Positions 50,252-62,694 of a stretch of DNA of 64,000 nt are shown piece by piece. Both the position numbers and the translations under genes were made by a program. How positions within the stretch are numbered: the first letter of the stretch is position 1; each line of letters starts with the position of its first letter. The stretch comes from Bacteriovoracia bacterium (GTDB lineage: Bacteria > Bdellovibrionota > UBA1018 > JBFWNL01), in NCBI GenBank assembly GCA_050251055.1, contig JBFWNL010000004.1, positions 256,001-320,000 of the forward strand. The letters run 5' to 3'. The notes beneath the pieces were generated by a model. The model saw nothing but the letters and a program-made list of their open reading frames with translations, was not told the origin of the DNA and did no database searches.

Positions 50252-51069
50252 TTTTTCTGAGTTTTTCTGGAGTTACGCATGGATACACGCTGTTTAAGGC
50301 GCGCGAGCTTAGTTTCTATTACCTGAGTAGATGGGTATTCTTTTAGAAGCTCTTCGTATCGGGGAAGAGCTTCTTCCAGCAGGTTTTGTTCTTCCATGCA
50401 GTTGGCGATACCGAATCGCGCGAAGGTCGCCAAGTCGCTCTGCGGATACTTTTCCAAAAAAGCCTCGTAGGCATCGATCGCGTGTTGGTAGGCGTCCGCG
50501 CCATCTTGGGCCCGATCGCCCATCGTAAAGTAAGTCACGCCGAGCTCGTAGGCTGACTTCTCGGCGTAGTTTGAACCGCCGTAGCGGCTGATGATTTCCT
50601 GGTAGGTCTCGATCGCTTTCTCAAAGTCCCAAAGAAAAAACTGGCTCTTGGCAATCCTGTACAAAAACTCGGGCGCCTCCGGCGCATAAGGCTTCTTACG
50701 CAAGAGCGCCTGGTAATGAGTAAGCGCGGTTTCGTAATGATTTAGTTTTAAGAAAAGAATTTCCCCAATGGCTTTATTCGCCGACCAGGCGCTCACGTCC
50801 TCGCCGCCGATGTCGATGTAGGTTCGGAATTTTTTTATCGCGTCGTTGTACTCGGCCAAAAAGAGATTTTGAGTCATCGCCGCCCGGAAAAGCGCCTGCA
50901 GCCCGAGCTTGCCCTTAGGGTCGCGCGAATAAACCTGTTCGAACTCGGCGACCGCGGCTGAATATTTCCCATTCTCCCACAGGTTTTCGGCCAAGATATA
51001 ACGGCGTTTGGTGTTGTCGATCGTACACGCCGCGACGAGGACCATGCCCATGGAAAGGGCGATTCCCAT
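50248..51069 (-). CDS. TPR lipoprotein (BamD/YbgF-like fold)
   Basis: Lipobox VLVAAC after ATG at 51069; repeated TPR motifs (YP.S..A). Confidence 0.85.
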   Translation of the reverse strand: MGIALSMGMVLVAACTIDNTKRRYILAENLWENGKYSAAVAEFEQVYSRDPKGKLGLQALFRAAMTQNLFLAEYNDAIKKFRTYIDIGGEDVSAWSANKAIGEILFLKLNHYETALTHYQALLRKKPYAPEAPEFLYRIAKSQFFLWDFEKAIETYQEIISRYGGSNYAEKSAYELGVTYFTMGDRAQDGADAYQHAIDAYEAFLEKYPQSDLATFARFGIANCMEEQNLLEEALPRYEELLKEYPSTQVIETKLARLKQRVSMRNSRKTQKK

Positions 51070-51091
51070 TCGAGTTCGCGCCGTACGCCGC

Positions 51092-53632
51092 TTAGTGGGT
51101 AGTGGGTTCTTTGGCAGGCGAGCCGTCCTTCGCGCCGTTCGAGCCGCTTCCATCGCTTCCGGTTTCGACCGATTCGGTTGCCTCCGCGATATACTCGAGC
51201 GCCACGACCTTCTCGTCGTCCGACATGGTCATCAAACGCACGCCTTGAGTCACGCGCCCGAGCTCGGAAATCTCGCTCACGCGGATACGGATCATCTTAC
51301 CCTTGTCGGACACGATCATCACGTCATCCTTCGGCAGCACCTGCTTGGCGGCTACGATCTTGCCGTTGCGATCGGACAACTTCATGGAGAGCACGCCCTT
51401 GCCGGCGCGACTCTGCAGCCGGTATTCCTCGACCGGCGTGCGCTTGCCGTAGCCGTTCTCGGTGACGGTGAGGATCTCGCGGCCGGTGGCGTCCTTCTCC
51501 AGGGTCGCCATCGCCACGACTTGATCCTTGTCTTCTAGGGTCATGCCCGTCACACCGCGAGCGGCGCGGCCCATCGCGCGCACGTTGTCCTCGGGGAACC
51601 GGATGCACTTGCCGTCCGACGTGCTGATGAAAATATCCTTGTTGCCGTCCGTGACGCTCGCGCTGACCAGCTGGTCGCCTTCCTGCACGCCCATGGCGAT
51701 GATACCCGAACTACGCACGTTGCTGAATTCGCTGAGCGAGGTCTTCTTGATCACGCCCTGGAGCGTGACCATGACGATGTACTCGTTGTCCTTGAACTCG
51801 CGGACGGGCAGCACCTGCTTAATCCGCTCGCCCGGCGCGAGCTGGATCAGGTTCACGATCGCCTTGCCTTTGCCCGTACGGGAAATTTGCGGGATCTTGA
51901 ACACCTTCAGCCAGTACAAGCGGCCTTTATCGGTGAAGCACAGCAGGTAGCTCAGGTTGGTCGTGCGGTAGATCGCGTTGACGAAATCGTCGTCCGCAGT
52001 CGTCACGCCCTTCATGCCCTTGCCGCCGCGGTGCTGGCTCTTGAACTCGCCCAGGTCCAGCCGTTTGATGTAGCCGCGGTGGGTGATAGTGACCAGCGTC
52101 TCTTCGTCCGCGATGAGATCTTCGGCCTCGAACGCGCTCACTTCCGACATCACGATCTGCGTGCGGCGTTTATCGCCGTAGCGGTCTTTGATCTCCGTGA
52201 GTTCCTTCGAGATGATTTCGTATACCAGCGCTTCGCTGCCCAGGATCTTCTTGAGCTCGCCGATGAGCTTCATCACTTCGGCGTAGTCGTTGATGATCTT
52301 GTCGCGCTCGAGTCCCGTGAGGCGCTGCAGGCGCATGTCCAAGATGGCTTGGGCCTGGATCTCGGTGAACTGGAACTTAGCGATCAAGCCTTCCTTCGCT
52401 TCCGCCGGACCCTTGGCGCCACGAATCAGGGCGATGACGGCGTCGAGATTCTCGACCGCGCGCTTCAAGCCTTCCAAGATATGGGCTTTTTCCTCGGCCT
52501 TGCGCAGTTCATAGACGGTGCGACGGAGGACGACGTCCTTGCGATGCTCCACGAAGGCCCAGATCATCTGCTTCAAATTCATGATCTTGGGTTGATTGTG
52601 GTGAATCGCCAGGAAGGTAATACCGAAATTTTCCTGCAGGGAAGTGTGCTTGTAAAGCTGGTTCAAGATGACGTTGGAATTCTCGCCCTTCTTGATTTCG
52701 ATCACGATGCGCATGCCCGTGCGATCGGACTCATCGCGCAGATCGCCGATGCCTTCGACTTTCTTGTCGCGTACCAAATCGGCGATGCTTTCGATGAGCT
52801 TGGCCTTATTCACCTGGTAGGGGAGCTCCGTCACGATGATGCGCTGACGGTCGTTCTTCATCTCCTCGATCTCGGTCTTGGCGCGCATGGTGATCGAGCC
52901 ACGGCCTTCACGATAGGCTTGCTTTAGTCCGCTACCGTCGAAAATAAAGCCAGCGGTCGGGAAATCCGGGCCTTTCACGAACTTCAGAAGATCGTCCACG
53001 CCCAATTGCGGGTTCTGCACGAGCGCGATCGTGGCATCCACGATCTCGGTCATATTGTGGGGAGGAATATTGGTCGCCATCCCGACGGCGATACCGCTGG
53101 AACCGTTGACGAGCAGGTTCGGGAAACGTGACGGCATGACGAGTGGTTCTTTTAAGCTGTCGTCATAGTTGGGACCGAAATCGACCGTCTCTTTTTCCAG
53201 ATCCGCGAGGAGCTCGTCGGTGATCCGGGACATGCGGACTTCCGTATAGCGCATGGCCGCCGCGAAATCGCCGTCGATGGACCCGAAGTTCCCCTGGCCA
53301 TCCACTAACGGGTAGCGAAGCGAGAAGTCCTGCGCCATACGGACAATCGTGTCGTAGACGGCGGTGTCGCCGTGCGGATGGTACTTACCGATGACGTCCC
53401 CGACCACGCGGGCGGACTTCTTGTAAGGTTTATTGTACGTGTTGCCGAGCTCGTGCATCGCGTACAGGACGCGGCGGTGCACCGGCTTCAAACCGTCGCG
53501 CACGTCCGGGAGCGCGCGCCCGATGATCACGCTCATGGCGTAATCAAGATAGGCTCCCCGCATTTCGTCTTCGATTTTCACGTCGACGGTGTTCGAGATG
53601 GGAGCGGAAGGAGGAGTAGTCAGTTCAGCCAT
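51092..53632 (-). CDS. gyrA: DNA gyrase subunit A
   Basis: [22 protein letters not shown], GyrA-box QHRGGKG. Confidence 0.98.
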   Translation of the reverse strand: MAELTTPPSAPISNTVDVKIEDEMRGAYLDYAMSVIIGRALPDVRDGLKPVHRRVLYAMHELGNTYNKPYKKSARVVGDVIGKYHPHGDTAVYDTIVRMAQDFSLRYPLVDGQGNFGSIDGDFAAAMRYTEVRMSRITDELLADLEKETVDFGPNYDDSLKEPLVMPSRFPNLLVNGSSGIAVGMATNIPPHNMTEIVDATIALVQNPQLGVDDLLKFVKGPDFPTAGFIFDGSGLKQAYREGRGSITMRAKTEIEEMKNDRQRIIVTELPYQVNKAKLIESIADLVRDKKVEGIGDLRDESDRTGMRIVIEIKKGENSNVILNQLYKHTSLQENFGITFLAIHHNQPKIMNLKQMIWAFVEHRKDVVLRRTVYELRKAEEKAHILEGLKRAVENLDAVIALIRGAKGPAEAKEGLIAKFQFTEIQAQAILDMRLQRLTGLERDKIINDYAEVMKLIGELKKILGSEALVYEIISKELTEIKDRYGDKRRTQIVMSEVSAFEAEDLIADEETLVTITHRGYIKRLDLGEFKSQHRGGKGMKGVTTADDDFVNAIYRTTNLSYLLCFTDKGRLYWLKVFKIPQISRTGKGKAIVNLIQLAPGERIKQVLPVREFKDNEYIVMVTLQGVIKKTSLSEFSNVRSSGIIAMGVQEGDQLVSASVTDGNKDIFISTSDGKCIRFPEDNVRAMGRAARGVTGMTLEDKDQVVAMATLEKDATGREILTVTENGYGKRTPVEEYRLQSRAGKGVLSMKLSDRNGKIVAAKQVLPKDDVMIVSDKGKMIRIRVSEISELGRVTQGVRLMTMSDDEKVVALEYIAEATESVETGSDGSGSNGAKDGSPAKEPTTH

Positions 53633-53641
53633 AGATCACGT

Positions 53642-54661
53642 TTACCAGCGCATCAGCATCGAGCCCCACGTGAAACCGCTACCGAAAGTAGCGGAACACA
53701 CGAGCATGCCGCGCTTCAATTTCCCTTCTCTCACCGCCGTATCCATCCCCAACGGGATGGTCGCGGCGGTCGTGTTCGCGAATCGATCAATCGTATTGAA
53801 ACATTTATCAGCTGGGATCCCCAGCTGCTTGGCCACCATCTCGTTGATGCGCAGATTAGCCTGGTGGAAGATGAAGAGATCCACTTCCTCGATCTTCTTT
53901 CCGTTCGCGGCCAGTGCTTCCAGCACCGCTTCAGGCATGCGCTTGGAGGCGTGCACGAAAACCGTCTTGCCGTTCATCTTCGGAAAAATGTCCCGGTCTT
54001 CCACCATCTTCGGATGAAAACGGGCGCCGTACTCGAAATCCATCCCTAAGCCCGGCAGCCAGAGCTCCTTGCGGTATTTGCCGTCGGCATGCAGATGCGT
54101 GGAGTAGATGTAAGAATCTTTCTGATCATCCTTCACTTCGCAGGCGCCCAGCACGGCGGCCGAAGCGGCATCGCCAAAGAGCACGGACACGTCGCGGCCA
54201 TGGTCGGAAAGGTCCAGGCCCTTGGAGTGAACTTCCGCGCCCACCACGAGCACTTTTTTATACATGCCCGTACGGATGAATTGATCGGCGATCGAAACGC
54301 CATAGATAAAGCCGGAGCACTGTTGGCGAACATCCAGCGCCGGGATTTCCGGCACCCCCAGCTTGTCTTGAAGGGCACAGGCCGTACCGGGAAACTCGTT
54401 ATCCGGGCTGAGGGTGGCCAAGATAATCAGATCGATCTCTTTCTTGTCGATCTTCGCATCCGCGATGGCCTTTTCGGAGGCCATGAGGGCCAGATCCGAG
54501 GTCGTCGTTTCTTTTTTATCCACCCAATAACGTTGCTTGATCCCGGTGCGCTGCTGAATCCACTCGTCGGACGTATCCATGTACTGCTTGAGGTCGTCGT
54601 TCTTCACGACCCTGGGCGGCAGGTAAGATCCGGTTCCGAGAATGCGCGAACGCGTTTTCAT
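53642..54661 (-). CDS. fabH: FabH-like 3-oxoacyl-ACP synthase III
   Basis: DTSDEWIQQRTGI, QQCSGF (Cys), HQAN (His), ANTTAA (Asn), FGSGFTWG. Confidence 0.93.
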   Translation of the reverse strand: MKTRSRILGTGSYLPPRVVKNDDLKQYMDTSDEWIQQRTGIKQRYWVDKKETTTSDLALMASEKAIADAKIDKKEIDLIILATLSPDNEFPGTACALQDKLGVPEIPALDVRQQCSGFIYGVSIADQFIRTGMYKKVLVVGAEVHSKGLDLSDHGRDVSVLFGDAASAAVLGACEVKDDQKDSYIYSTHLHADGKYRKELWLPGLGMDFEYGARFHPKMVEDRDIFPKMNGKTVFVHASKRMPEAVLEALAANGKKIEEVDLFIFHQANLRINEMVAKQLGIPADKCFNTIDRFANTTAATIPLGMDTAVREGKLKRGMLVCSATFGSGFTWGSMLMRW

Positions 54662-54680
54662 AACTCCTTCAAACAGCTCC

Positions 54681-57113
<2,433 letters not shown>

Positions 57114-57334
57114 TTAAGCGATGCGGAAGTCGGTGAAAATTTTCTTATCTTTAGTTATCCAGGTGTAGCGACGGCGGATGGCAAAGTCCAGGGAAATTAG
57201 TAAATTCAACCCCTCGTTATCATTTAAAAAAATGGCTGATTCTCTGCGTTTTTTTTCACTCAAAATGAGTCTGGATTCTGGAGACAACAACACGTCGCAT
57301 TAATAGATCTTATCTCTAAAACATATGTGGTGCG

Positions 57335-58588
57335 TTAGTTAGCGGATTCGGCAGAGGAGATAAATTCGGCCGCCCTGCCGGCGCTGACGCGAAATTTTTT
57401 CCCGGAAGTTCCCAACGCGATGGGCTCTCGAGGAGTAATCCACTCCACGTCTTCCGTGGTGGTCACGAAAACCTGCAAGCTCGTCTCGAGGAGCATCTCG
57501 AGTAGGAAGGTGCGGCGGTCCCGATCGAGCTCCGACGAAAAGTCATCCAACAGAAGCAGGGGATTCAAGCCGGTGGCCTGCCGGAACATCTGGATTTCGA
57601 CGAGTTTCAGCGCCAGGAGCACCGATCGAGTCTCTCCCTGCGATCCGTAACCCTTTAAAGCCTGGCTTCCGATTTGAAAAAGCCAATCATCGCGATGCGG
57701 GCCAGCCAGGGTCGTGCCGGCGCGCCACTCGGCGCTTTCGAGTTTCGTCAGCTCAGCGGCCAATCGATTCCGAATACGTCCCAGAGCGTCTGCGGGGTCC
57801 AAATCAGGAAGCTGAACTCGATTTAAGTCGTCGCCCCCCAATGCCAATCCGTTTTCCTTCGCCAGCCACTTGGAACTGTAGAACGCATCGGTGGAATTCT
57901 GGGTGGGCGCGATTCGCTGCAGCACTGGTTTGATGTTCTCGTTTACGCGCTTGAGCCACTCAAGGCGCTTGAGGGTGATTTCAGAACCGCTCTCAACCAA
58001 TTCTTGGGTGAATTCTTGAAAAATGGTCCGAACGGAGGTCTCAGGCGATTTTAAAATCGCATTACGCTGCTCTAATGCCCGTTTATAGCGACGAAGTGCC
58101 GTCAGGTAGTCCAGGTCTTCGGATCCGATGACTTGGTCCAGGTAGGAGCGCCGAATAGAAGGTTCGCCCCGAACCAATTGGTGGTCGGAGGGATTGAAAA
58201 CGATCGCATGAAACCCTTTGAGAAATGATTCGAAGCGTTGGCTCACATAAGCGAGCGCACTTCGACAAGGTTTGTCATTGATAAACGCGGACTGCGTGCT
58301 TCGCTTCCGAAGGAGATCTTTTCTTTCGAAGACGACCTGGAAGCGACTTATGGAATCATCCTGGATGATCTCGCAGCCGATCTCGCCCGTCATGGTTTCA
58401 TTTTGGATCAAGTCATCCACCTTCGCCCCCCGGAAGGAGCGGAGCGTAGCAAGCAGATGAATCGCCTCAATGATACTGGTCTTGCCTTGGGCGTTCGCCC
58501 CGATGAAAAAATTCAACCGCCCATCGGGCTCGATCGTGAGCTCGGCGATGTTCCGGAAGTTCCGAAAGTAAAGCTTCTGGAGTCTCAC
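57335..58588 (-). CDS. recF: DNA replication/repair protein RecF
   Basis: FRN, GANAQGKT, GPHRDD, GSQGE, LLLLDDFSSELD. Confidence 0.96.
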   Translation of the reverse strand: MRLQKLYFRNFRNIAELTIEPDGRLNFFIGANAQGKTSIIEAIHLLATLRSFRGAKVDDLIQNETMTGEIGCEIIQDDSISRFQVVFERKDLLRKRSTQSAFINDKPCRSALAYVSQRFESFLKGFHAIVFNPSDHQLVRGEPSIRRSYLDQVIGSEDLDYLTALRRYKRALEQRNAILKSPETSVRTIFQEFTQELVESGSEITLKRLEWLKRVNENIKPVLQRIAPTQNSTDAFYSSKWLAKENGLALGGDDLNRVQLPDLDPADALGRIRNRLAAELTKLESAEWRAGTTLAGPHRDDWLFQIGSQALKGYGSQGETRSVLLALKLVEIQMFRQATGLNPLLLLDDFSSELDRDRRTFLLEMLLETSLQVFVTTTEDVEWITPREPIALGTSGKKFRVSAGRAAEFISSAESAN

Positions 58589-59694
58589 TAGATCCGCATT
58601 GGCATGACGATATAAGTGTGGCTTTTTTGCTCGGCGCCTTGGAACACGCCGGGATTCAGGCGGTCTTTGAATTTAAATTCCACCTTCGAGGATTGCAGCA
58701 CCGGCAGGCAATCCAGGAGATACTTGGCGTTGAAGCCAATTTCCACGGGCTCGCCTTTGTATTCGATATCGAGCTCCTCGCGGGCTTCACCCATGTCCGG
58801 ATTGCTGGAAGTAATCACCATCATGCCGTTTTCGACGGCGAACTTGATGCCGCGACTTTTTTCGTGCGCAAGCAAGCTCACGCGGCGGACGGCAGCGGTG
58901 AGCGCTTCGCGATCTACGAAAGCAGAACGGTCCACGGCTTTCGGAATGACTTGCTTGTAATCCGGATACTCGCCTTCGATCAGGCGAACGAAAAGGTAAG
59001 TGTCGTTCAAATGGGCGAAGATATAACCGCGATCAAACGCTAGACCGATGGTTTCACCGCCTTCGTCGAGCATCTTCTTCAGCTCGCCCAAGCCCTTCTT
59101 CGGAATAATCATTCCGCGCTTCATCTCCGGAGCTTTCAGAAAGACTTCTTGGTCGATGAACGAGAGCCGATGCCCGTCCGTGGCCGTCATTCGCATCAAA
59201 TTATTTTCCAAAGGCTCGAAAAACACGCCGCTCAGATTGTAACGGGTGGCGTCCGTCGAAACGGCGAAGGAAGTTTTATTCACCATGTCCGAGAGAGTCG
59301 CGACCTTGGCTTGAAAATATTCTTTTTCTTCGTAATTCGGTAAGGCGGGGTATTCGTCGGCCGACAGGCTTACGACGTTGAACTTGGATTTACCGCAAAC
59401 GAGCTCGATCCAATCGTTATTCTTACGGGAGATCTCCAAAGGCTTGCTAGGGAGTTCCTTGACGATGTCCAAGAAGTTCTTGGCGGAGAGGGTGATACGA
59501 CCATCTTGCGAAGCTTGCACGGGGAGAGTGACCTTCACGCCGACTTCCAGATCGGTCGCTTGCAATTCCAAACGTCCGTCTTTCACATGGCAGAGAATAT
59601 TGGCCAGGATCTGAACGGTGTTCTTCTTTTCCACGACGGATTGAACCTTCTGGAGCGCGTTCAATAACTGATCCCGATCGATGGTAAACTTCAT
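58588..59694 (-). CDS. dnaN: DNA polymerase III beta clamp
   Basis: ATDLE, ATDGHRL, RLIEGEYPDY, FNAKYL, MPMR. Confidence 0.98.
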   Translation of the reverse strand: MKFTIDRDQLLNALQKVQSVVEKKNTVQILANILCHVKDGRLELQATDLEVGVKVTLPVQASQDGRITLSAKNFLDIVKELPSKPLEISRKNNDWIELVCGKSKFNVVSLSADEYPALPNYEEKEYFQAKVATLSDMVNKTSFAVSTDATRYNLSGVFFEPLENNLMRMTATDGHRLSFIDQEVFLKAPEMKRGMIIPKKGLGELKKMLDEGGETIGLAFDRGYIFAHLNDTYLFVRLIEGEYPDYKQVIPKAVDRSAFVDREALTAAVRRVSLLAHEKSRGIKFAVENGMMVITSSNPDMGEAREELDIEYKGEPVEIGFNAKYLLDCLPVLQSSKVEFKFKDRLNPGVFQGAEQKSHTYIVMPMRI

Positions 59695-59749
59695 CTCGAA
59701 CTTCCCCTTACTGAAATGGAATTTGGTGGTCTAACCCCGAGCCCTCTTC

Positions 59750-60245
59750 TCATAAGAATATATATATATAAAGATAGTAGTCGTAGTAGAGGACCCGTTT
59801 TTGTGGATAACCTAATTAACCCCTGAATACCGCAAGTCATTTGGGTTTCAAAACCCCGTTGAAAACCCTGGGGATGGTTTTGATGATTTTGGGGATAAGT
59901 TTTAAAAACCGGACTTCCGGCGGTTATCCCCAGATAAAATTCAAAATCGCCGGGATAAGTTTTAGTACTCGGAAGTATTTCTCAAATATTTGGCGTTTCT
60001 TGCGTGCGCTTTCAGATTTATCCCCCGCTATCCACAAGGGTTGCCGGTTTTCCACACCGATTTTTTCGGAAGTTTGTGTATAACGAGCTGGGGATAAGTG
60101 GGTAAATGAAAATTCTTTTTTCTTTCTATAGGTTATCAAAATAAGCCCTGTGGATAGTCAGGGGATAACTCTGAATAGTGGATATCTTTTCCAGGTGGAA
60201 TACAGACTTATCCACGTGGATTACCCAGGTTTATCCACGTAAATT
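59750..60245. other. Chromosomal replication origin (oriC) between dnaN and dnaA
   Basis: AT-rich (TA)n tract at ~59756-59772; DnaA-trio array at 59774-59789; consensus DnaA boxes at 59802, 60048, 60075; near-consensus boxes at 59890, 59924, 60028, 60089, 60149, 60208, 60231. Confidence 0.92.
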
Positions 60246-60320
60246 TCTTACCTGATAAAATCAAACCAGCCATCGGATCGGTTGGACGGACAGAATCGGG
60301 GTTTTTATGACGCAGACGGT

Positions 60321-61757
60321 TTAGAGTTGGTTTTGCAGGGCTTCGACGGCGGAACGGATTTCCGTGTCGTTGGAGACGCCTTCTTCGATCTTGTTGCAGG
60401 CGTGCAGGATCGTCGTGTGATCCTTGCCGCCGAAGAAGTTGCCGATCTCCTTGTAGCCCAACCCCGTGTACTTGCGGATGAGGTACATGGCGATTTGACG
60501 GGGCATCGCTACCTTCTGCGCGCGGCTCGTGGATTTCAGATCCTGCACGCGAATGTGGTAGTGCTTGGCGACCACGTTTTGGATGGTCTCGATCGTGATC
60601 TGCGAGCTCTTTTCCGGGATGCTCGCTTTGATCTCTTGCTTCGCCATTTCGAGCGAGATTTCCGCGCCGGTGAGCGAGGACTGCGCTTGGAGACGGATCA
60701 AGATACCCTCGAGCTCGCGCACGTTAGACTTAATGTGCGTGGCGAGGAAGATCGCCACGTCGTCGGGAAGATAAATATCGTCGCGCTCGGCTTTCGCCTT
60801 TAAGATCGCGATCCGCGTTTCGATTTCGGGCGGGTTGATGTCCGACACCAAACCCCATTCGAAGCGGGTGCGAATACGTTCCTCGAGCTTCTCGATTTCC
60901 TTCGGTGGACGGTCGCTGGTGACGACGATCTGCCGTTTTGCCCCGTAAAGCGCGTTAAAAGTATGGAAAAACTCTTCTTCCGTCTGCTTCTTGCCGGCGA
61001 TGAACTGGATATCGTCGATCAAGAGCACGTCGTAGCTGTCGCGGTACTTCTTCCGGAACTGCGGCATGCGCTGGTGCTGGAGCGAGTCGATCAACTCGTT
61101 CACGAAGCTTTCGGCCGAAAGGTAGGCCACCCGGGCCTTGGGATTATGCGAGGTCACGTGATTGGCGACGGCATGAAGTAAGTGAGTTTTTCCGAGGCCT
61201 GGCGGGCTGTAGATGAAAAGCGGGTTGTATTGCGCGCCCGGTTTTTCGGCGACGGCCACGGCCGAAGCGTGGGCGAACTGGTTGCTGTTCCCGATCACGA
61301 AATTTTCGAACGTATAGCGGGCATCAATCGGTAAGTGCTCAAAAGCCCGGCGGTCTTCCGCGTGCAAAACCACGCCGCGGGCGATCTCGGGCGTGGATTC
61401 CAGAGGAGAGGACGTCGGCGGCTGGCTGTACGCGACCGCGGGCGGGAGATCTGTATTCAGATCGGAGCGCACCTTCGGTCCGGCCGTCAATTCCAGGCGG
61501 CAAGGCTTGCCCGTGACCTGCACGAGCGCCGACTCGATGAGGTTGCGGTAGTTGTCGCGCACCCAACCCACCGTGAAATCATTCGCGGCGGAAAGGTGGA
61601 AGACGATCTCGGTGAGGTTTTCCTCGGTCTTTTGGAATTCAAGCGGTTGGATCCAAGCCTTGAGTTGGCTTTCGACCGCGTTTTGCTCCATGATCCGATA
61701 GGCTGCCTGCCAGACTTCGGGCCATTTCGATGAATCTTGTTCCAGTGAAGTTCTCAT
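60321..61757 (-). CDS. dnaA: Chromosomal replication initiator DnaA
   Basis: YNPLFIY, GLGKTHL, DDIQF, EEFFHTFN, NVRELEG, KDHTTILHA. Confidence 0.98.
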   Translation of the reverse strand: MRTSLEQDSSKWPEVWQAAYRIMEQNAVESQLKAWIQPLEFQKTEENLTEIVFHLSAANDFTVGWVRDNYRNLIESALVQVTGKPCRLELTAGPKVRSDLNTDLPPAVAYSQPPTSSPLESTPEIARGVVLHAEDRRAFEHLPIDARYTFENFVIGNSNQFAHASAVAVAEKPGAQYNPLFIYSPPGLGKTHLLHAVANHVTSHNPKARVAYLSAESFVNELIDSLQHQRMPQFRKKYRDSYDVLLIDDIQFIAGKKQTEEEFFHTFNALYGAKRQIVVTSDRPPKEIEKLEERIRTRFEWGLVSDINPPEIETRIAILKAKAERDDIYLPDDVAIFLATHIKSNVRELEGILIRLQAQSSLTGAEISLEMAKQEIKASIPEKSSQITIETIQNVVAKHYHIRVQDLKSTSRAQKVAMPRQIAMYLIRKYTGLGYKEIGNFFGGKDHTTILHACNKIEEGVSNDTEIRSAVEALQNQL

Positions 61758-61877
61758 ACCGCTTGAAGGTGTAGGGGCGTAGCATGGGTTATTTGGCCTG
61801 GCAATGGGGTGCTTGACTTTCCCGGCCTAGTCCGATAATTCGAACATCTAGATTTTCTTTAGGATTTAGGTGCCATC

Positions 61878-62027
61878 ATGAAAAGAACATTTCAACCCAG
61901 CAGAACGAAGCGTCGCCGTACCCACGGGTTCCGTGCGCGCATGAAGACGAAGAACGGCCAGAAGGTTTTGAGCCGCCGTCGCGCCCGCGGCCGCAAGCGC
62001 TTGACCGCCAAGCGCGCCGCTAAGTAA
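61878..62027 (+). CDS. rpmH: 50S ribosomal protein L34
   Basis: [42 protein letters not shown]; 49 aa, too short for the ORF track. Confidence 0.97.
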   Translation: MKRTFQPSRTKRRRTHGFRARMKTKNGQKVLSRRRARGRKRLTAKRAAK

Positions 62028-62045
62028 TTTCGTTCACCCGATTAC

Positions 62046-62399
62046 GTGATTTCCGGTTTTGGTACCCAGCGAAAGCTGCGGTTTCGCTGGCAGTTTCGGC
62101 GATTCTTCGGAGAGCGAGAAGTTTTTCGCCTCCAGGAGTGCGTGGTCTTCAGAATTCCCAATAATTTGAATGGCTACCGCCTCGGCATGACTTTCAAGGC
62201 CCGGGCTTCTTCCGTAGACCGCAATAAAGTGCGTCGGCAGGTCCGCGAAACTTTCCGGCAGCTGGAACCATTTCTAGGAAGTTTTGACTATAATGTGGTA
62301 ATTCCCCAGCAGAAATCCATTAGTTACGTTTACGCTCTCCGCTTGAGGGACAACCTGAAACATGAGTTCAAATCGGCGCTCCGCAAGTCGCATCCGTAG
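62046..62399 (+). CDS. rnpA: Ribonuclease P protein component
   Basis: RLGMT, SVDRNKVRRQVRETFR (RNR motif); follows rpmH. Confidence 0.88.
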   Translation: MISGFGTQRKLRFRWQFRRFFGEREVFRLQECVVFRIPNNLNGYRLGMTFKARASSVDRNKVRRQVRETFRQLEPFLGSFDYNVVIPQQKSISYVYALRLRDNLKHEFKSALRKSHP

Positions 62400-62694
62400 C
62401 CAGGCCCAAGGTAAAAAGTCCGGGAAGTCGGGCCGCGCCCAGTCGCGCCAGCGGGCGCGTACGTCGCGGCCAAAACTCCTCGGGGAGCTGGGGGCGATCC
62501 TGGTTATCGCCTATCAAAGTGGGATTTCACCCCTGATCCATATGCTGGCGGGCCCCGGTTTCGGGTGCCGCTTTCAACCCACGTGCAGTGAGTACGCGAA
62601 GTCGGCCCTGCGCGAGCATGGGTTAATTCACGGGAGCTGGCTGGCCGTGCGCCGGATTTCCAAGTGCCAACCCTTTTATCGCGAGGCCGCTTAA
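62362..62694 (+). CDS. yidD: Membrane protein insertion efficiency factor YidD (start uncertain)
   Basis: YQSGISP, CRFQPTCSEYA, RISKCQP. Confidence 0.9.
   Translation: MSSNRRSASRIRSQAQGKKSGKSGRAQSRQRARTSRPKLLGELGAILVIAYQSGISPLIHMLAGPGFGCRFQPTCSEYAKSALREHGLIHGSWLAVRRISKCQPFYREAA

Noticed and set aside
59841-60139. Small ORFs within the dnaA-dnaN spacer
   Set aside because: They coincide with the DnaA-box array and have no coding hallmarks
61813-61841. Possible rpmH promoter TTGACT...GATAAT
   Set aside because: The 15-nt spacing is suboptimal; cannot be supported from sequence alone
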